A stretch of DNA of 64,000 bases from Acidobacteriota bacterium (GCA_016199675.1 JACQGE010000126.1:1527-65526); one strand, 5' to 3'. Counted from the first letter of the stretch, positions 45,982 through 55,437 are shown. The notes: generated from the letters alone by a model not told the origin. Translations and numbers: made by a program.

Positions 45982-46707
45982 TTAAGTTAATCCTCCATCA
46001 ATAACAAAGACTTGGCCTGTGATGTAGGTCGCATCCTGACTCGCCAAATATAACGCCAGTCGCGCTACCTGCTGGGCACAACCGGGGCGTCCAGAAGGTA
46101 TCTGCGCATATAACTTCCTGCGGGCCGATTCTTCCATTGAGATAGTCATATCTGTCTCGATAGCGCCAGGAACAATGGCATTCACCCGGACGCCCAGCCG
46201 CGCCACTTCTCTCGAGAGCGCTTTAGTAAACCCAATAATACCGGCTTTAGATGCGCTATAGTTGGTCTGTCCGGCGATGCCCATCATGCCGCTGACACTG
46301 GCTATGTTAAGAATCACTCCGCCCCGCCGAATCAAATCCGGGATTATAGATCGTGAATAATTAAAAGTGCCGGTGAGATTGGTTTCGATCACCTCCTGCC
46401 AGACAGCAGGATCCATATTGAGCAAAGCCCGGTCCCGCCGGATTCCAGCATTATTCACCAGTACCTCCACGGGGCCTAGCAATTCTTGTACTTGTTTCAC
46501 GACCTCTTGGGCCCGCTGGAAATCCCTCACATCCGCCTGATAGGCTACCGCCCGCGTTCCGTTTTCCATCAGGCTGGCGACCTGCGCTTCTGCCGACTCC
46601 CGGTTCTGCACATAAGTGAATGCGACTGCATGCCCGACGCGGCCAAATTCTTCCACGATTGCCCGGCCAATTCCTCGACTGCCGCCGGTAACCAGAACCG
46701 TACTCAT
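45982..46707 (-). CDS. fabG: 3-oxoacyl-ACP reductase (SDR family)
   Basis: TGGSRGIGRAI, NNAG, and S...YSASKAG (the YxxxK motif) are all present. Confidence 0.85.
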   Translation of the reverse strand: MSTVLVTGGSRGIGRAIVEEFGRVGHAVAFTYVQNRESAEAQVASLMENGTRAVAYQADVRDFQRAQEVVKQVQELLGPVEVLVNNAGIRRDRALLNMDPAVWQEVIETNLTGTFNYSRSIIPDLIRRGGVILNIASVSGMMGIAGQTNYSASKAGIIGFTKALSREVARLGVRVNAIVPGAIETDMTISMEESARRKLYAQIPSGRPGCAQQVARLALYLASQDATYITGQVFVIDGGLT

Positions 46708-47957
46708 TTCGGCCGGTTCCTTCCGTAATGCTCATGGGCTGCCACGAACTCTCTCGTAGCAATGGCGGCGGCCATGGAAACTTCGCCTCCTAAGACCGCC
46801 GCCGCTATGATTTCCGCAAGCTTCTTCACCTTTCCCGACCCGTAACATCCCATCATGCTAATGGCCTCTCGTTGGGTGGGCAGACCCGTGCCCCCGCCCA
46901 CAGTGGCCACGGAAAGGGCTGGTAGAGTAGCGCTGACAAACAGCCCTTCAGGGAGCAGTTCGAATGAGGTTACTCCACAAGCGGCGTTAACCACATTGGC
47001 CACGTCCTGTCCCGTCGCGATGAAGATGGCCGTAAGTCCATTGGCATAATGCCCGTTATAACCAATCGTACCCGCCTGCAGGTGACCAATCACGGTCGAT
47101 TGCCATACCCGGAACATCTGTTCCGCGGTTGCGTGCAGATACATCTTCAGCACGTCGTGCGGCAAGAGAGCGCCCGCCGTCACCCTCTTGCCTTTGCCGC
47201 GACTCATTAGGAATCCACTCGCTCTCTTTTCCGAACACATCCCGCTAAAAATCAGATAGCTGGAAATCCGATAGTTTGCCTGAACCCATCGGCAAACCGC
47301 GTCCGCTGCTTTCACGATCATGTTCATTCCTTGCGCGTCGCCGGTAGAAAAACCAAAATTCACCAGTACCTGCCGTCCCACTTGGTAGCATTTGAGACTC
47401 GTTAGCTTCCCGTGTTGGGTTGACCGCGCGGCCTCCGCCTGCATCTGCATAAGATGCTGCGGCGCCCATTCACTGAATTCCAAGGCGGAGGACACATCAT
47501 CAAAAAAGAAGGTCGGAGTAATCTGATTCTCGTCCTCCAGCAAAGCGGTCTGTACCCCGCCCCCCCTGGTCAGCGCTACCATCCCGCGCTCGTAACTGCG
47601 AATTAAAGCACCTTCAGTAGTAGCCATAGGGACATAAAAAAGACCGTTGGCATGCCGTCCGTGCACCAGAACAGGGCCGGCCACTCCCATCGGGACTTGG
47701 GCTACGCCGATCGGGTTCTCGATGTTGCCTCGCAACTCTTCCGTGTCGAAGGAACAATCACCGATATGGCGAAGAGAAACTTTCGTCTTTTCTTCCAACC
47801 AGCGGCGTCGTCGAGCCACTCGCTCGGCAGAGTATCCCTGGTTTTGAAGGCGTGGAAGAAGATCGGAAAGACCGAATTCTTTCAAGGCGGATTCCTCTTC
47901 CAGGACCCTTCCCATGGAGCTTTGTTCCTGACCCGTGAATTCTTCAGCCTTCTTCAT
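46704..47957 (-). CDS. HMG-CoA-reductase-family protein (four-electron thioester reductase fold) in a fatty-acid or polyketide context
   Basis: The HMGR signatures are present: ENPIGVAQVPMGVAGP (the ENxIG motif), TGDAQGMNM (DAMGMN) and ATVGGGTG (GTVGG). There are no mevalonate kinase or decarboxylase genes nearby. Confidence 0.8.
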   Translation of the reverse strand: MKKAEEFTGQEQSSMGRVLEEESALKEFGLSDLLPRLQNQGYSAERVARRRRWLEEKTKVSLRHIGDCSFDTEELRGNIENPIGVAQVPMGVAGPVLVHGRHANGLFYVPMATTEGALIRSYERGMVALTRGGGVQTALLEDENQITPTFFFDDVSSALEFSEWAPQHLMQMQAEAARSTQHGKLTSLKCYQVGRQVLVNFGFSTGDAQGMNMIVKAADAVCRWVQANYRISSYLIFSGMCSEKRASGFLMSRGKGKRVTAGALLPHDVLKMYLHATAEQMFRVWQSTVIGHLQAGTIGYNGHYANGLTAIFIATGQDVANVVNAACGVTSFELLPEGLFVSATLPALSVATVGGGTGLPTQREAISMMGCYGSGKVKKLAEIIAAAVLGGEVSMAAAIATREFVAAHEHYGRNRPK

Positions 47958-48005
47958 AATGGCTTTCCTTGAAAGCGACTCCGACCGGATTTCTTGTTCT
48001 CTTCC

Positions 48006-49259
48006 TTACTGCATCCAACGTCGCAACACCATAGACGTATTATTTCCATCACACCCGAAAGCCGTTACAAGAGCATATTCGCCGTCGAAGGGTTGTGGGT
48101 CTTTAGAAAGCAGAAGGCTCGTATCTCCGTCCATTAAACCAGCGGTCGGCGGTGTGGCTTGTCTTCGAAGCGCAATCCCCGCTACCAGGGCGCAGATTGC
48201 GCCGGAGGCCCCCATGGTTTCTCCCACAGCGGCCTTCGGGGCGCAAATGACAATCTTTCCAAGGCGATCCTGAAAAACATTCTGAAGCGCCCGAACTTCC
48301 ATTTCATCCCCGGTCCGGCTTCCGCTTGCTCCAGAAACAATACAGCCAATCTGCTCGGGGCCGATTCCGGCCGACGCCAGCGCCTCCTGGATGGATGCCG
48401 TTGCCCCTTCCGCGCGGACTCGGAAAGCGCTGACGCTCTGAGCATCATGAGCGCACCCAAAACCGCTAATTTCCATCCAAGGTTTTGCATGGCGCGCCGC
48501 AGCCGACTCTTCTCCTTCAAGCACTAACAAGGCAGAACCCTCTCCCAATATTGTTCCATCCCGATTCTTGCCGAAAGGGCGTAGAGAGCCGGAGGGCGAA
48601 ATGAGTCCCGATTTTCCGAACCCAAGGACAGACTCTTCGCAAAGCTCCTCCATGCCGCCAGCAAGCAAGATGCGCGCCCTCCCGAACCGCAAGAACTCTG
48701 CCCCGCAATGCAGCGCGTACAGGCCGGACGCCAGACCGGCGCAAACGGTCGAGTTGATGCCGCGCAGCTTGTACTTGATCGCTGCCTGCCCGGCTGGAGA
48801 ATTGATGACCGTATTGGGAAACTCCATGGGGTTCACATAGTTTGGCCCCTCCACTAATCCGCTCCAGTCAAACGAAGTGATGCTGTGGAGGCTGCCAAAC
48901 ATCGTACCGCAGATCATCCCTAAACCTGGATCGCCCTGGCCGGAATCATCCAGCCGCAGGTCGGATCCACAAAGAGCCTGATGTACGGCAACACAAAGCA
49001 GGCGGGCGCTGCGGTCGAGAACTCGGATCCCTTTATTGCCCAGCCATTGCTGGGGCGTAAAGTTCCGAATTTCGGCTGTAATTTCGTGCTCTCCGAATAA
49101 TTCACTGGGCTTCACACCCGAGGCACCGCTATAAAGTGACCCCTCAAATTCCTCTACCCCTACTCCCAGGCAAGAAATGACTCCCGCGCCGGTTATCACA
49201 ATCCGCTCATGCATGGATCTTGCCGCTCCGTCCTCTAGACCGCGTACCGCGCCAAGCAC
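48006..49259 (-). CDS. Ketosynthase-like protein (KS partner or CLF-like). It retains the active-site Cys position but lacks both catalytic His residues.
   Basis: STVCAGLASG aligns with PTACAAG of the neighbouring KS. The positions equivalent to HGTGT and GHTMGAAS read SGASGS and GETMGASG. Confidence 0.75.
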   Translation of the reverse strand: MLGAVRGLEDGAARSMHERIVITGAGVISCLGVGVEEFEGSLYSGASGVKPSELFGEHEITAEIRNFTPQQWLGNKGIRVLDRSARLLCVAVHQALCGSDLRLDDSGQGDPGLGMICGTMFGSLHSITSFDWSGLVEGPNYVNPMEFPNTVINSPAGQAAIKYKLRGINSTVCAGLASGLYALHCGAEFLRFGRARILLAGGMEELCEESVLGFGKSGLISPSGSLRPFGKNRDGTILGEGSALLVLEGEESAAARHAKPWMEISGFGCAHDAQSVSAFRVRAEGATASIQEALASAGIGPEQIGCIVSGASGSRTGDEMEVRALQNVFQDRLGKIVICAPKAAVGETMGASGAICALVAGIALRRQATPPTAGLMDGDTSLLLSKDPQPFDGEYALVTAFGCDGNNTSMVLRRWMQ

Positions 49260-50479
49260 AAAGAGGCGTTATTGCCTCCAAAAGCGTAAGCATTGTTGAG
49301 CACGACCCGCGGATGGGTTTCCCGTGCCTGATTGGGGACGTAATCCAGATCGCATTCCGGGTCCGGTTCTTCGTAGTTAATCGTCGGGGGAATCATTCCG
49401 GTGCGAAGCGCCAAGGCGCAGGCCACAGCTTCGATAGCGCTGGCTGCGCCCATAGTGTGGCCCAGCATGGATTTGATGGAACTCATGGGCACTTTCCCCG
49501 CACGGTTCCCGAACAGAGCCCGCACCGCAATGGATTCTGCCCGGTCATTGGTGGGTGTTCCCGTGCCGTGCGCGCTGATGTAATCAATGTCCTCGATGCC
49601 AACCTTGCTTTCGTCTATCGCCATGGCCATTGCCCGGACCGCGCCGTCACCTTGCGGATGCGCCGCCGTCATGTGATGGGAATCGCAACTCAGACCGTAG
49701 CCAAGCACTTCAGCGTACACCTGAGCCTCGCGTCGGACAGCCGCCTCCAGCGATTCCAGCACCAGGACGGCGGCTCCTTCTCCCGGAACCATGCCCTGCC
49801 GATTCTTATCAAACGGCTGGCAGCGCTCGCGGGCGATCGCCCCCAACCTGGCAAATCCCATGTACGGGATCCGTGAAAAAGCGTCCGCACCCCCCGCCAG
49901 CATCAAATCCGCACGTCCGGCGCGGATGAGATCGAATCCGTACCCAATGGCATAATTCCCGGCCGCACAGGCCGTCGGTATCATTAGGTTGGGCCCGCGG
50001 AGTTCAAACTCAATGGCAATGTTGCTAGGAATCACGTTGCAGGGATATTTGGGCAGCATTTCACCCGGAATGGCTTTCAAGCCGTCCGCTTTCCGAATGT
50101 TGTTATAGCGTTCCACGAAAAGCGGCTCCCCCGATGTCGTTCCCATGGAAACACCCACGCGGTGACGATCGTAGCGGGCCAGATTCGCTTCCGAGTCCTG
50201 GAGCGCCAGTAGCGCTGCGGCCACGGCAAGTTGTGATGCTCTTCCTAAATTTTCCGGGGTCTGGCGGTGGATATACTGTTCCGGCACAAAATCTCTAACT
50301 TCCGCGCCGATATGCACTGGAAAGGAGGAGGTGTCAAAGGAAGTAACAGGTCCGATGCCGGATTTTCCTGCCAGCAGTGCTTCCCAGAAATTTCTCCATC
50401 CCGAGCCAATGGGCGTGACCACTCCAAGACCTGTGATGACAACGCGTCTCATAAGGATCAATCGGAAAGACCTGCGCAA
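49235..50479 (-). CDS. Beta-ketoacyl-ACP synthase II-like ketosynthase
   Basis: PTACAAG (Cys), ISAHGTGTPTND (His) and SMLGHTMGAASA (His) are all present. It overlaps the downstream KS-like gene by 25 nt. Confidence 0.85.
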   Translation of the reverse strand: MRRSFRLILMRRVVITGLGVVTPIGSGWRNFWEALLAGKSGIGPVTSFDTSSFPVHIGAEVRDFVPEQYIHRQTPENLGRASQLAVAAALLALQDSEANLARYDRHRVGVSMGTTSGEPLFVERYNNIRKADGLKAIPGEMLPKYPCNVIPSNIAIEFELRGPNLMIPTACAAGNYAIGYGFDLIRAGRADLMLAGGADAFSRIPYMGFARLGAIARERCQPFDKNRQGMVPGEGAAVLVLESLEAAVRREAQVYAEVLGYGLSCDSHHMTAAHPQGDGAVRAMAMAIDESKVGIEDIDYISAHGTGTPTNDRAESIAVRALFGNRAGKVPMSSIKSMLGHTMGAASAIEAVACALALRTGMIPPTINYEEPDPECDLDYVPNQARETHPRVVLNNAYAFGGNNASLCLARYAV

Positions 50480-50490
50480 TGCTCTGGCAC

Positions 50491-50766
50491 TTACTGTGCT
50501 TTGGCCGCGCCGCCTAAATGCCGCTGCACAACCTCCACAGCGTCATACACGTTCCGGATCTTTCCGAACTCCTCTTCCGGAATTTCGATCTTGTATTTTT
50601 TGTCCACAGCGACCAGTATCTCGATCGCCATTAGAGAGTCAATGCCCAGCTCTTCGATGAAATCCGCCTTTTCAGAAACTTCCTGCGGTTCACGTTCCGT
50701 AATTTCGGCAACTAATTGTCTGACTGCATTGCGTATCTCTTCTGCTGTTACTTGTTGATTTGTCAT
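50491..50766 (-). CDS. Acyl carrier protein
   Basis: The protein is 91 aa with LGIDSLMAIE, the DSL phosphopantetheine attachment Ser. Confidence 0.85.
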   Translation of the reverse strand: MTNQQVTAEEIRNAVRQLVAEITEREPQEVSEKADFIEELGIDSLMAIEILVAVDKKYKIEIPEEEFGKIRNVYDAVEVVQRHLGGAAKAQ

Positions 50767-50842
50767 ACTCTCCTGAATCCTATTGGTGTGTGCTCTTGGG
50801 GGAATTCATTTACTTACAAAATGTCGAACTCGTTGTCTACCG

Positions 50843-52549
50843 TTATTTGCGGGACGCCGTTGCCGCCGGTGCCTTTGTTTTCTCCGGTTCCCATCGGGAA
50901 ATGATTCCTTTGCCCTCTTCCACCGTAATGGACTGGCCGGCCGGAATGTTGGCGAGCTTGTGTTTGGCGCCGCTGGGCCATTCGATTTCCAAGGACCGGA
51001 CCGTTGAATCCGCTCCCAGGCCGAACGTAAGGGCCAAATCGCTCTGGGAAAGGTAACTCGACCCGCTGCGCAGCATCTGCCATTGTTTTCCCGAAGCGGA
51101 TTCCACGCGTACCACCGTACCGATTCCATTGCGATTGGACTTCGTGCCCACGGTCTTCACGGTGATCCAGTGGTTGCGATTGCCGCCATCATTGCGAAAC
51201 AAATAAGCCTGGCCGTTATTGGTGGTTGTCAGGATATCCAGGTCGCCATCCCGGTCGAAATCCCCATAGGCTGCGCCCCGCGCGACCTTCGGACGGCTGA
51301 ACGCCGCTCCCATGGCAGCCGTAACTTCTTCGAACCTGCCACGGCCGAGATTGCGGAATAGATGGGGTGGCTGTGCATACTTCACTTTCGGCTGCACTCG
51401 CTCAATCTCGTCTTCGATATGTCCGTTCGCGACAAAGATATCGAGAAAACCATCCAGATCGTAATCGAAGAAAAACACCGCAAAGGCGAGCGTCAAAAGA
51501 CTGGCGCGACCAACGGTGGAAGTCGGAGCTTCGTCCACGAACAGCCCCGTGCCTTCGTTGTGATACAGGCCGAGCATCTGATTCGAAAAGTTGCCGACGA
51601 CCAGAGAAGCTTTTCCGAAGCGGTCGTAATCAGCCGCATCCACTCCCATAGCGCCCCTCGCCACTCCATCCTCGCCGAAAGCCACGCCCGCTTCGATGCC
51701 GACTTCGGTGAAAGTCCCTTTTTGGTTGTTGCGATACAGTTTGTTGGGCTGCGTGTCATTCGCAACAAACAGGTCGGGCCATCCATCTCCGTCATAGTCA
51801 AATACGGCGACCCCCAGCGATTTACTGGTCGGGTCCCCCACTCCCGCCTTCTGGCTGGCATCCTCAAACTTGCCGCCACTCAGATTATGGTAGAGCTTCG
51901 AAGAGGTGCCTTTGTAAGACTCCGGAGTGCAATACGACTTGGTCGTCCCATCCAACGAGCACCACAAATCTCCCGGGAGGGTCCATTGCACGTAATTCGC
52001 CACGAATAGATCGAGGTTCCCATCACGATCATAGTCCAGCCAGGCGGCGCTGGTTCCGAAGGAAGCGTTCTGGATTCCGGATGTCTTCGTCACGTCCCGG
52101 AATTTGTAGCTTCCTTCGTTGTGGAAGAGATGATCGCCGTCGAGGGCTGTAATATAAACATCGTCCTTGCCGTCATTGTCGTAATCGCCGATGGCAACGC
52201 CCATGCCGTACATTTCAATATCCAGGCCGCTGCCGGCGGTTACGTCCGTGAACGTCCCATCGCGGTTGTTGCGGTACAAAGCCAGCAGCGACTTTCGGCC
52301 ACGGGGTTGCCAATCTTTGCCATTGATCAGGATGATGTCGAGCCAGCCGTTTCCGTCCGCGTCGAAAAATGCGGCGCCCGATCCCAGCGTCTCCGGTAAA
52401 TACTTTTTCCCCGAACGACCATTATTGTGAATAAACTTGATGCCAGCCGCAGTCGTGACATCCGAAAAAGTTACGCCCTGGGAATGGCCCGGAACGCTCA
52501 ACCATATCATGTAACTTGCCAGGGTTAATAGCAGCAGTCTTCTCCTCAT
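50843..52549 (-). CDS. CRTAC1-family protein (FG-GAP/VCBS repeats plus ASPIC/UnbV C-terminal domain), secreted
   Basis: A signal peptide is followed by repeated xDxDxDGxxD motifs (FDADGNGWLDI, GDYDNDGKDDV, FDYDGDGWPDL...). The C-terminal region SGSSYLSQSDLALTFGLG is the ASPIC/UnbV signature. Confidence 0.85.
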   Translation of the reverse strand: MRRRLLLLTLASYMIWLSVPGHSQGVTFSDVTTAAGIKFIHNNGRSGKKYLPETLGSGAAFFDADGNGWLDIILINGKDWQPRGRKSLLALYRNNRDGTFTDVTAGSGLDIEMYGMGVAIGDYDNDGKDDVYITALDGDHLFHNEGSYKFRDVTKTSGIQNASFGTSAAWLDYDRDGNLDLFVANYVQWTLPGDLWCSLDGTTKSYCTPESYKGTSSKLYHNLSGGKFEDASQKAGVGDPTSKSLGVAVFDYDGDGWPDLFVANDTQPNKLYRNNQKGTFTEVGIEAGVAFGEDGVARGAMGVDAADYDRFGKASLVVGNFSNQMLGLYHNEGTGLFVDEAPTSTVGRASLLTLAFAVFFFDYDLDGFLDIFVANGHIEDEIERVQPKVKYAQPPHLFRNLGRGRFEEVTAAMGAAFSRPKVARGAAYGDFDRDGDLDILTTTNNGQAYLFRNDGGNRNHWITVKTVGTKSNRNGIGTVVRVESASGKQWQMLRSGSSYLSQSDLALTFGLGADSTVRSLEIEWPSGAKHKLANIPAGQSITVEEGKGIISRWEPEKTKAPAATASRK

Positions 52550-55437
52550 GGTTCCCTCAAAGCAACAATGGCGCGGCCATTATCCTCGGTGCGATTCCTG
52601 GGTGTGGGATCGGTTCCGGCTTTCCTGGATCCTTCGGAAGCTCCCAATGGAACGCTCTCATGCTCGTGAATCTGCTGGCGCTCATTGTTGTCCTCCGGAC
52701 TCAACATGCGAGGCTTGGCGGTGATAGCCTGCGATGACTCTTCAGCCTTGAAGCGCAAAAAGAGTTGCTGCTCCCGAGCGGCATTTTCTTTGTCTTGTAG
52801 CCCCCGGTAGCACAACATCCTTGTGTAGTGCATCTGGAGGTCTTCCGGGTCGATCAGGCAGACGCGATCGAGGACCAGGAGCGCCTCGGCGTACTGGCGC
52901 TTGAGAAAGAGGATGCGGGCGATTTGATTGAGGACTACCCGGTCGCGCGGATAGCTTCGCTCCACCGTGCGAAGCGAAGCCAGAGCGCCATCGTAGTCGC
53001 CGTCAGCCTTTTGGATCAATGCCTTGAAATAGTGAATTCGTCCGAGGCTGGAATTAATCGCCAAAGCTTTCTCGATATGGGGCTTGGCCGCCTCCGTCTC
53101 GCCTTCCTGAATCAGCGCCCGCGCCGCATTCAGCCAGCCGTCGGCATAGTCTGGTTGCGCTTCAGTAACCCGTTTGAACGCATACTCCGCGCCTTTCAAA
53201 TCGCCTTGCAGGAGTAAACCGATCCCCCAATCATTCCATCGCTCTCGGTCCGTCTCCTGAACGACCGGGTTCCAAACGGGCTCGGTTTTTTTATCGCCCA
53301 GGGGGAGCGTGACCTCATCCTCTGCGAGAGTTATGATCGGTAAATTCGGAATCTCGCCTTTGATCTGCCCCGAAACATTCTGGGGAATATTCGATGGATC
53401 AAAGGAATATTCCAGGCTGTTGTGACTGGCGCTTAGCAGCGATGGGTCCTGATTGGACTTCGGCTGGCCAGCGTAAGCCCAGTGCGTGTAGTAATGGGAA
53501 AACTTGCGGTAATTAAGTTTGGCGGTCAAGGTAATCGGCCCCTTCGCATCGTCGGGGATATGGACGCGATAATGAGCCAGATCCGCCGCACCCGGAGGAA
53601 TCAGCCGTACATAAAGGAGACTGCGGGCTTGCCAGGCATTGCGCTTATTGACCATGTTTCCTTCGCCGTCGAGCAGGTAAGAACGATAAAAATGGGCTCC
53701 CCGCTCTACGGGCCCTTGACCATCGCCTTCCACCATACCGCTCCAGAATATGATCCTGCCGGTCGAATCTTTTCCTTGTAATTCTAGCCACACATCAAAA
53801 GCATCTACGGTCCCTCCCGGGAAAAAATGCCCGATCTTACGGGTTCGCACGACCACGTCTACACGGGTGGTCGAACCGGGTTTCAATTGCAAGCCTGCTT
53901 TGTCAAGCGGCGCTGACAGCTTCCCCACCTCCCGAATAATGCCGGTCACAGGCTGCTCGGCTTCCTCCCCGACCGCAAAACTGGACATCGCTTGCAGATT
54001 ATCTCCTGTCCGCCGCACCATCGGAGTGCCCTCTGACGGAACTTCTGCCGGACTGGCGGCAAAAATGTCAACCGTGATAAATCCAGACTTCAGGAAGTCT
54101 TCCTGAACCTTCAGTTGCTCTTTATCCTGATTAACAAACGCCACGGCCGTATTAGCCCCCGGGAAGCGATGCGAATGCACCATGCCGTTCTGATTGCCGG
54201 GATCCTTCGAAGGCACCAACGGCATGTGACAGTCCGCGCAGTGGCTGCTCTTCTCTGGATAATAGAATGACCTCGCCCCTTCCCAGGACACCCCGCTGGC
54301 CTGCCAGGCATCGTATTCGTTGAAACCACGGAACCAGCGATACTGGTTTACCGGAACATCCAGGTGGACTTTGTGGCACGAGGAACAGAATTCAGCAGTG
54401 TCCTCACGCATGAAGGGCTTCATGAAGGACTTCCGGTGGGGAGCGGGATTGAGATAGGTCAAAAAGTGGTCGAGCGATTTCATGAACTTATTTTTGCTGG
54501 TGGCCAATTCATGGAGCGGCGGATACTGGATGAGGAAACCACCGTTTCCCATCGAGCTGTCGACGTGAATGATTGCATGGCACGAGGTGCAGGCCAGGCC
54601 GGCGTGCGCTTCCGGCGTATCAATCTGCTCCTGGATCGGCCGGTCGAATCGGCCATTGAAGAATACGGCATGGTCGTGGCACCCCGCGCACCATTTGCTC
54701 GGCTGTGTTCCGACCACGTCCTGCATATACTCCACCGACTTCCGATAAAACTGGTTATTAAAAGAAGCGAAGTGGTGAGCCGAACTGTTCCATTGCTGAT
54801 AGATGTCTTTATGGCATTCCCCGCACGTCGCGGAATCCATGAAGAAATTGGAAGGGATGATCCCGTTCCGGTCGGTGTTCGCCGAGGATGGGAAAAAAGG
54901 AGAATTCGGCCCGGCTCCTTCGCCATCCATCGAAGTCGGCACGACCAGCGGATTTCGTATGGAATCCATCGGATTCGGAAAGAGCTTGCGGTACACCGCC
55001 GTGGAGGAAGGCAACAAAACGAGCAGCGCCACGGCAGCCATAAGAGTTTGCCGGAACCGCAGCCATTCCCCGCTGTGGCGGGCCGCCTGCTTCCAAACAT
55101 AAGGAACCAGCGCAGCAATTCCAAGTGCTGCGGCCACAATGTGCGCACGGAGCGCCCAGCGGTGGTCCATTGTATTCCCCCACCCAGCCAGAAAGATTCC
55201 GCAACCCAAAGCGACTATGAACAAGATTGTGGCGGCGGGAATTCCCCGGCGTAATTGCAGGTCGCGTTTCAGCAAAAACGCCAGCGCGACCGCAAGGGCC
55301 AAGCCCAATCCCAGGTGGAACAAGACATTGACCATGTAGAAGATAGTCGCTGAGGAAAATGCCGACACATAGGCGGTGTTGATCAACAGTATTATGAAAA
55401 AGATTCCCGTCCATTTTGCAAGGTTCTTCATAGTCAC
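52546..55437 (-). CDS. Membrane-anchored pentahaem c-type cytochrome with a C-terminal TPR region
   Basis: There are about 4 N-terminal TM helices. Five CxxCH motifs are present: CGECH, CAGCH, CTSCH, CSSCH and CADCH. The C-terminal 230 aa are TPR-like (…AEYAFKRVTEAQPDYADGWLNAARALI…). Confidence 0.8.
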   Translation of the reverse strand: MTMKNLAKWTGIFFIILLINTAYVSAFSSATIFYMVNVLFHLGLGLALAVALAFLLKRDLQLRRGIPAATILFIVALGCGIFLAGWGNTMDHRWALRAHIVAAALGIAALVPYVWKQAARHSGEWLRFRQTLMAAVALLVLLPSSTAVYRKLFPNPMDSIRNPLVVPTSMDGEGAGPNSPFFPSSANTDRNGIIPSNFFMDSATCGECHKDIYQQWNSSAHHFASFNNQFYRKSVEYMQDVVGTQPSKWCAGCHDHAVFFNGRFDRPIQEQIDTPEAHAGLACTSCHAIIHVDSSMGNGGFLIQYPPLHELATSKNKFMKSLDHFLTYLNPAPHRKSFMKPFMREDTAEFCSSCHKVHLDVPVNQYRWFRGFNEYDAWQASGVSWEGARSFYYPEKSSHCADCHMPLVPSKDPGNQNGMVHSHRFPGANTAVAFVNQDKEQLKVQEDFLKSGFITVDIFAASPAEVPSEGTPMVRRTGDNLQAMSSFAVGEEAEQPVTGIIREVGKLSAPLDKAGLQLKPGSTTRVDVVVRTRKIGHFFPGGTVDAFDVWLELQGKDSTGRIIFWSGMVEGDGQGPVERGAHFYRSYLLDGEGNMVNKRNAWQARSLLYVRLIPPGAADLAHYRVHIPDDAKGPITLTAKLNYRKFSHYYTHWAYAGQPKSNQDPSLLSASHNSLEYSFDPSNIPQNVSGQIKGEIPNLPIITLAEDEVTLPLGDKKTEPVWNPVVQETDRERWNDWGIGLLLQGDLKGAEYAFKRVTEAQPDYADGWLNAARALIQEGETEAAKPHIEKALAINSSLGRIHYFKALIQKADGDYDGALASLRTVERSYPRDRVVLNQIARILFLKRQYAEALLVLDRVCLIDPEDLQMHYTRMLCYRGLQDKENAAREQQLFLRFKAEESSQAITAKPRMLSPEDNNERQQIHEHESVPLGASEGSRKAGTDPTPRNRTEDNGRAIVALREP

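Noticed and set aside
46704-47957. HMG-CoA reductase as evidence for a mevalonate isoprenoid pathway at this locus
   Set aside because: There are no MVK, PMK, MDD or IDI genes in the window, and the flanking genes are ACP, KS and KR types. An acyl-thioester reductase role is more plausible, though it cannot be proven from sequence.
42198-50766. Assigning the KS/ACP cluster to aryl-polyene, flexirubin or ladderane biosynthesis
   Set aside because: The cluster lacks the dehydratases, ammonia-lyase, LolA/MMPL export genes, DarAB or radical-SAM enzymes that characterise those clusters. Its composition is distinct.
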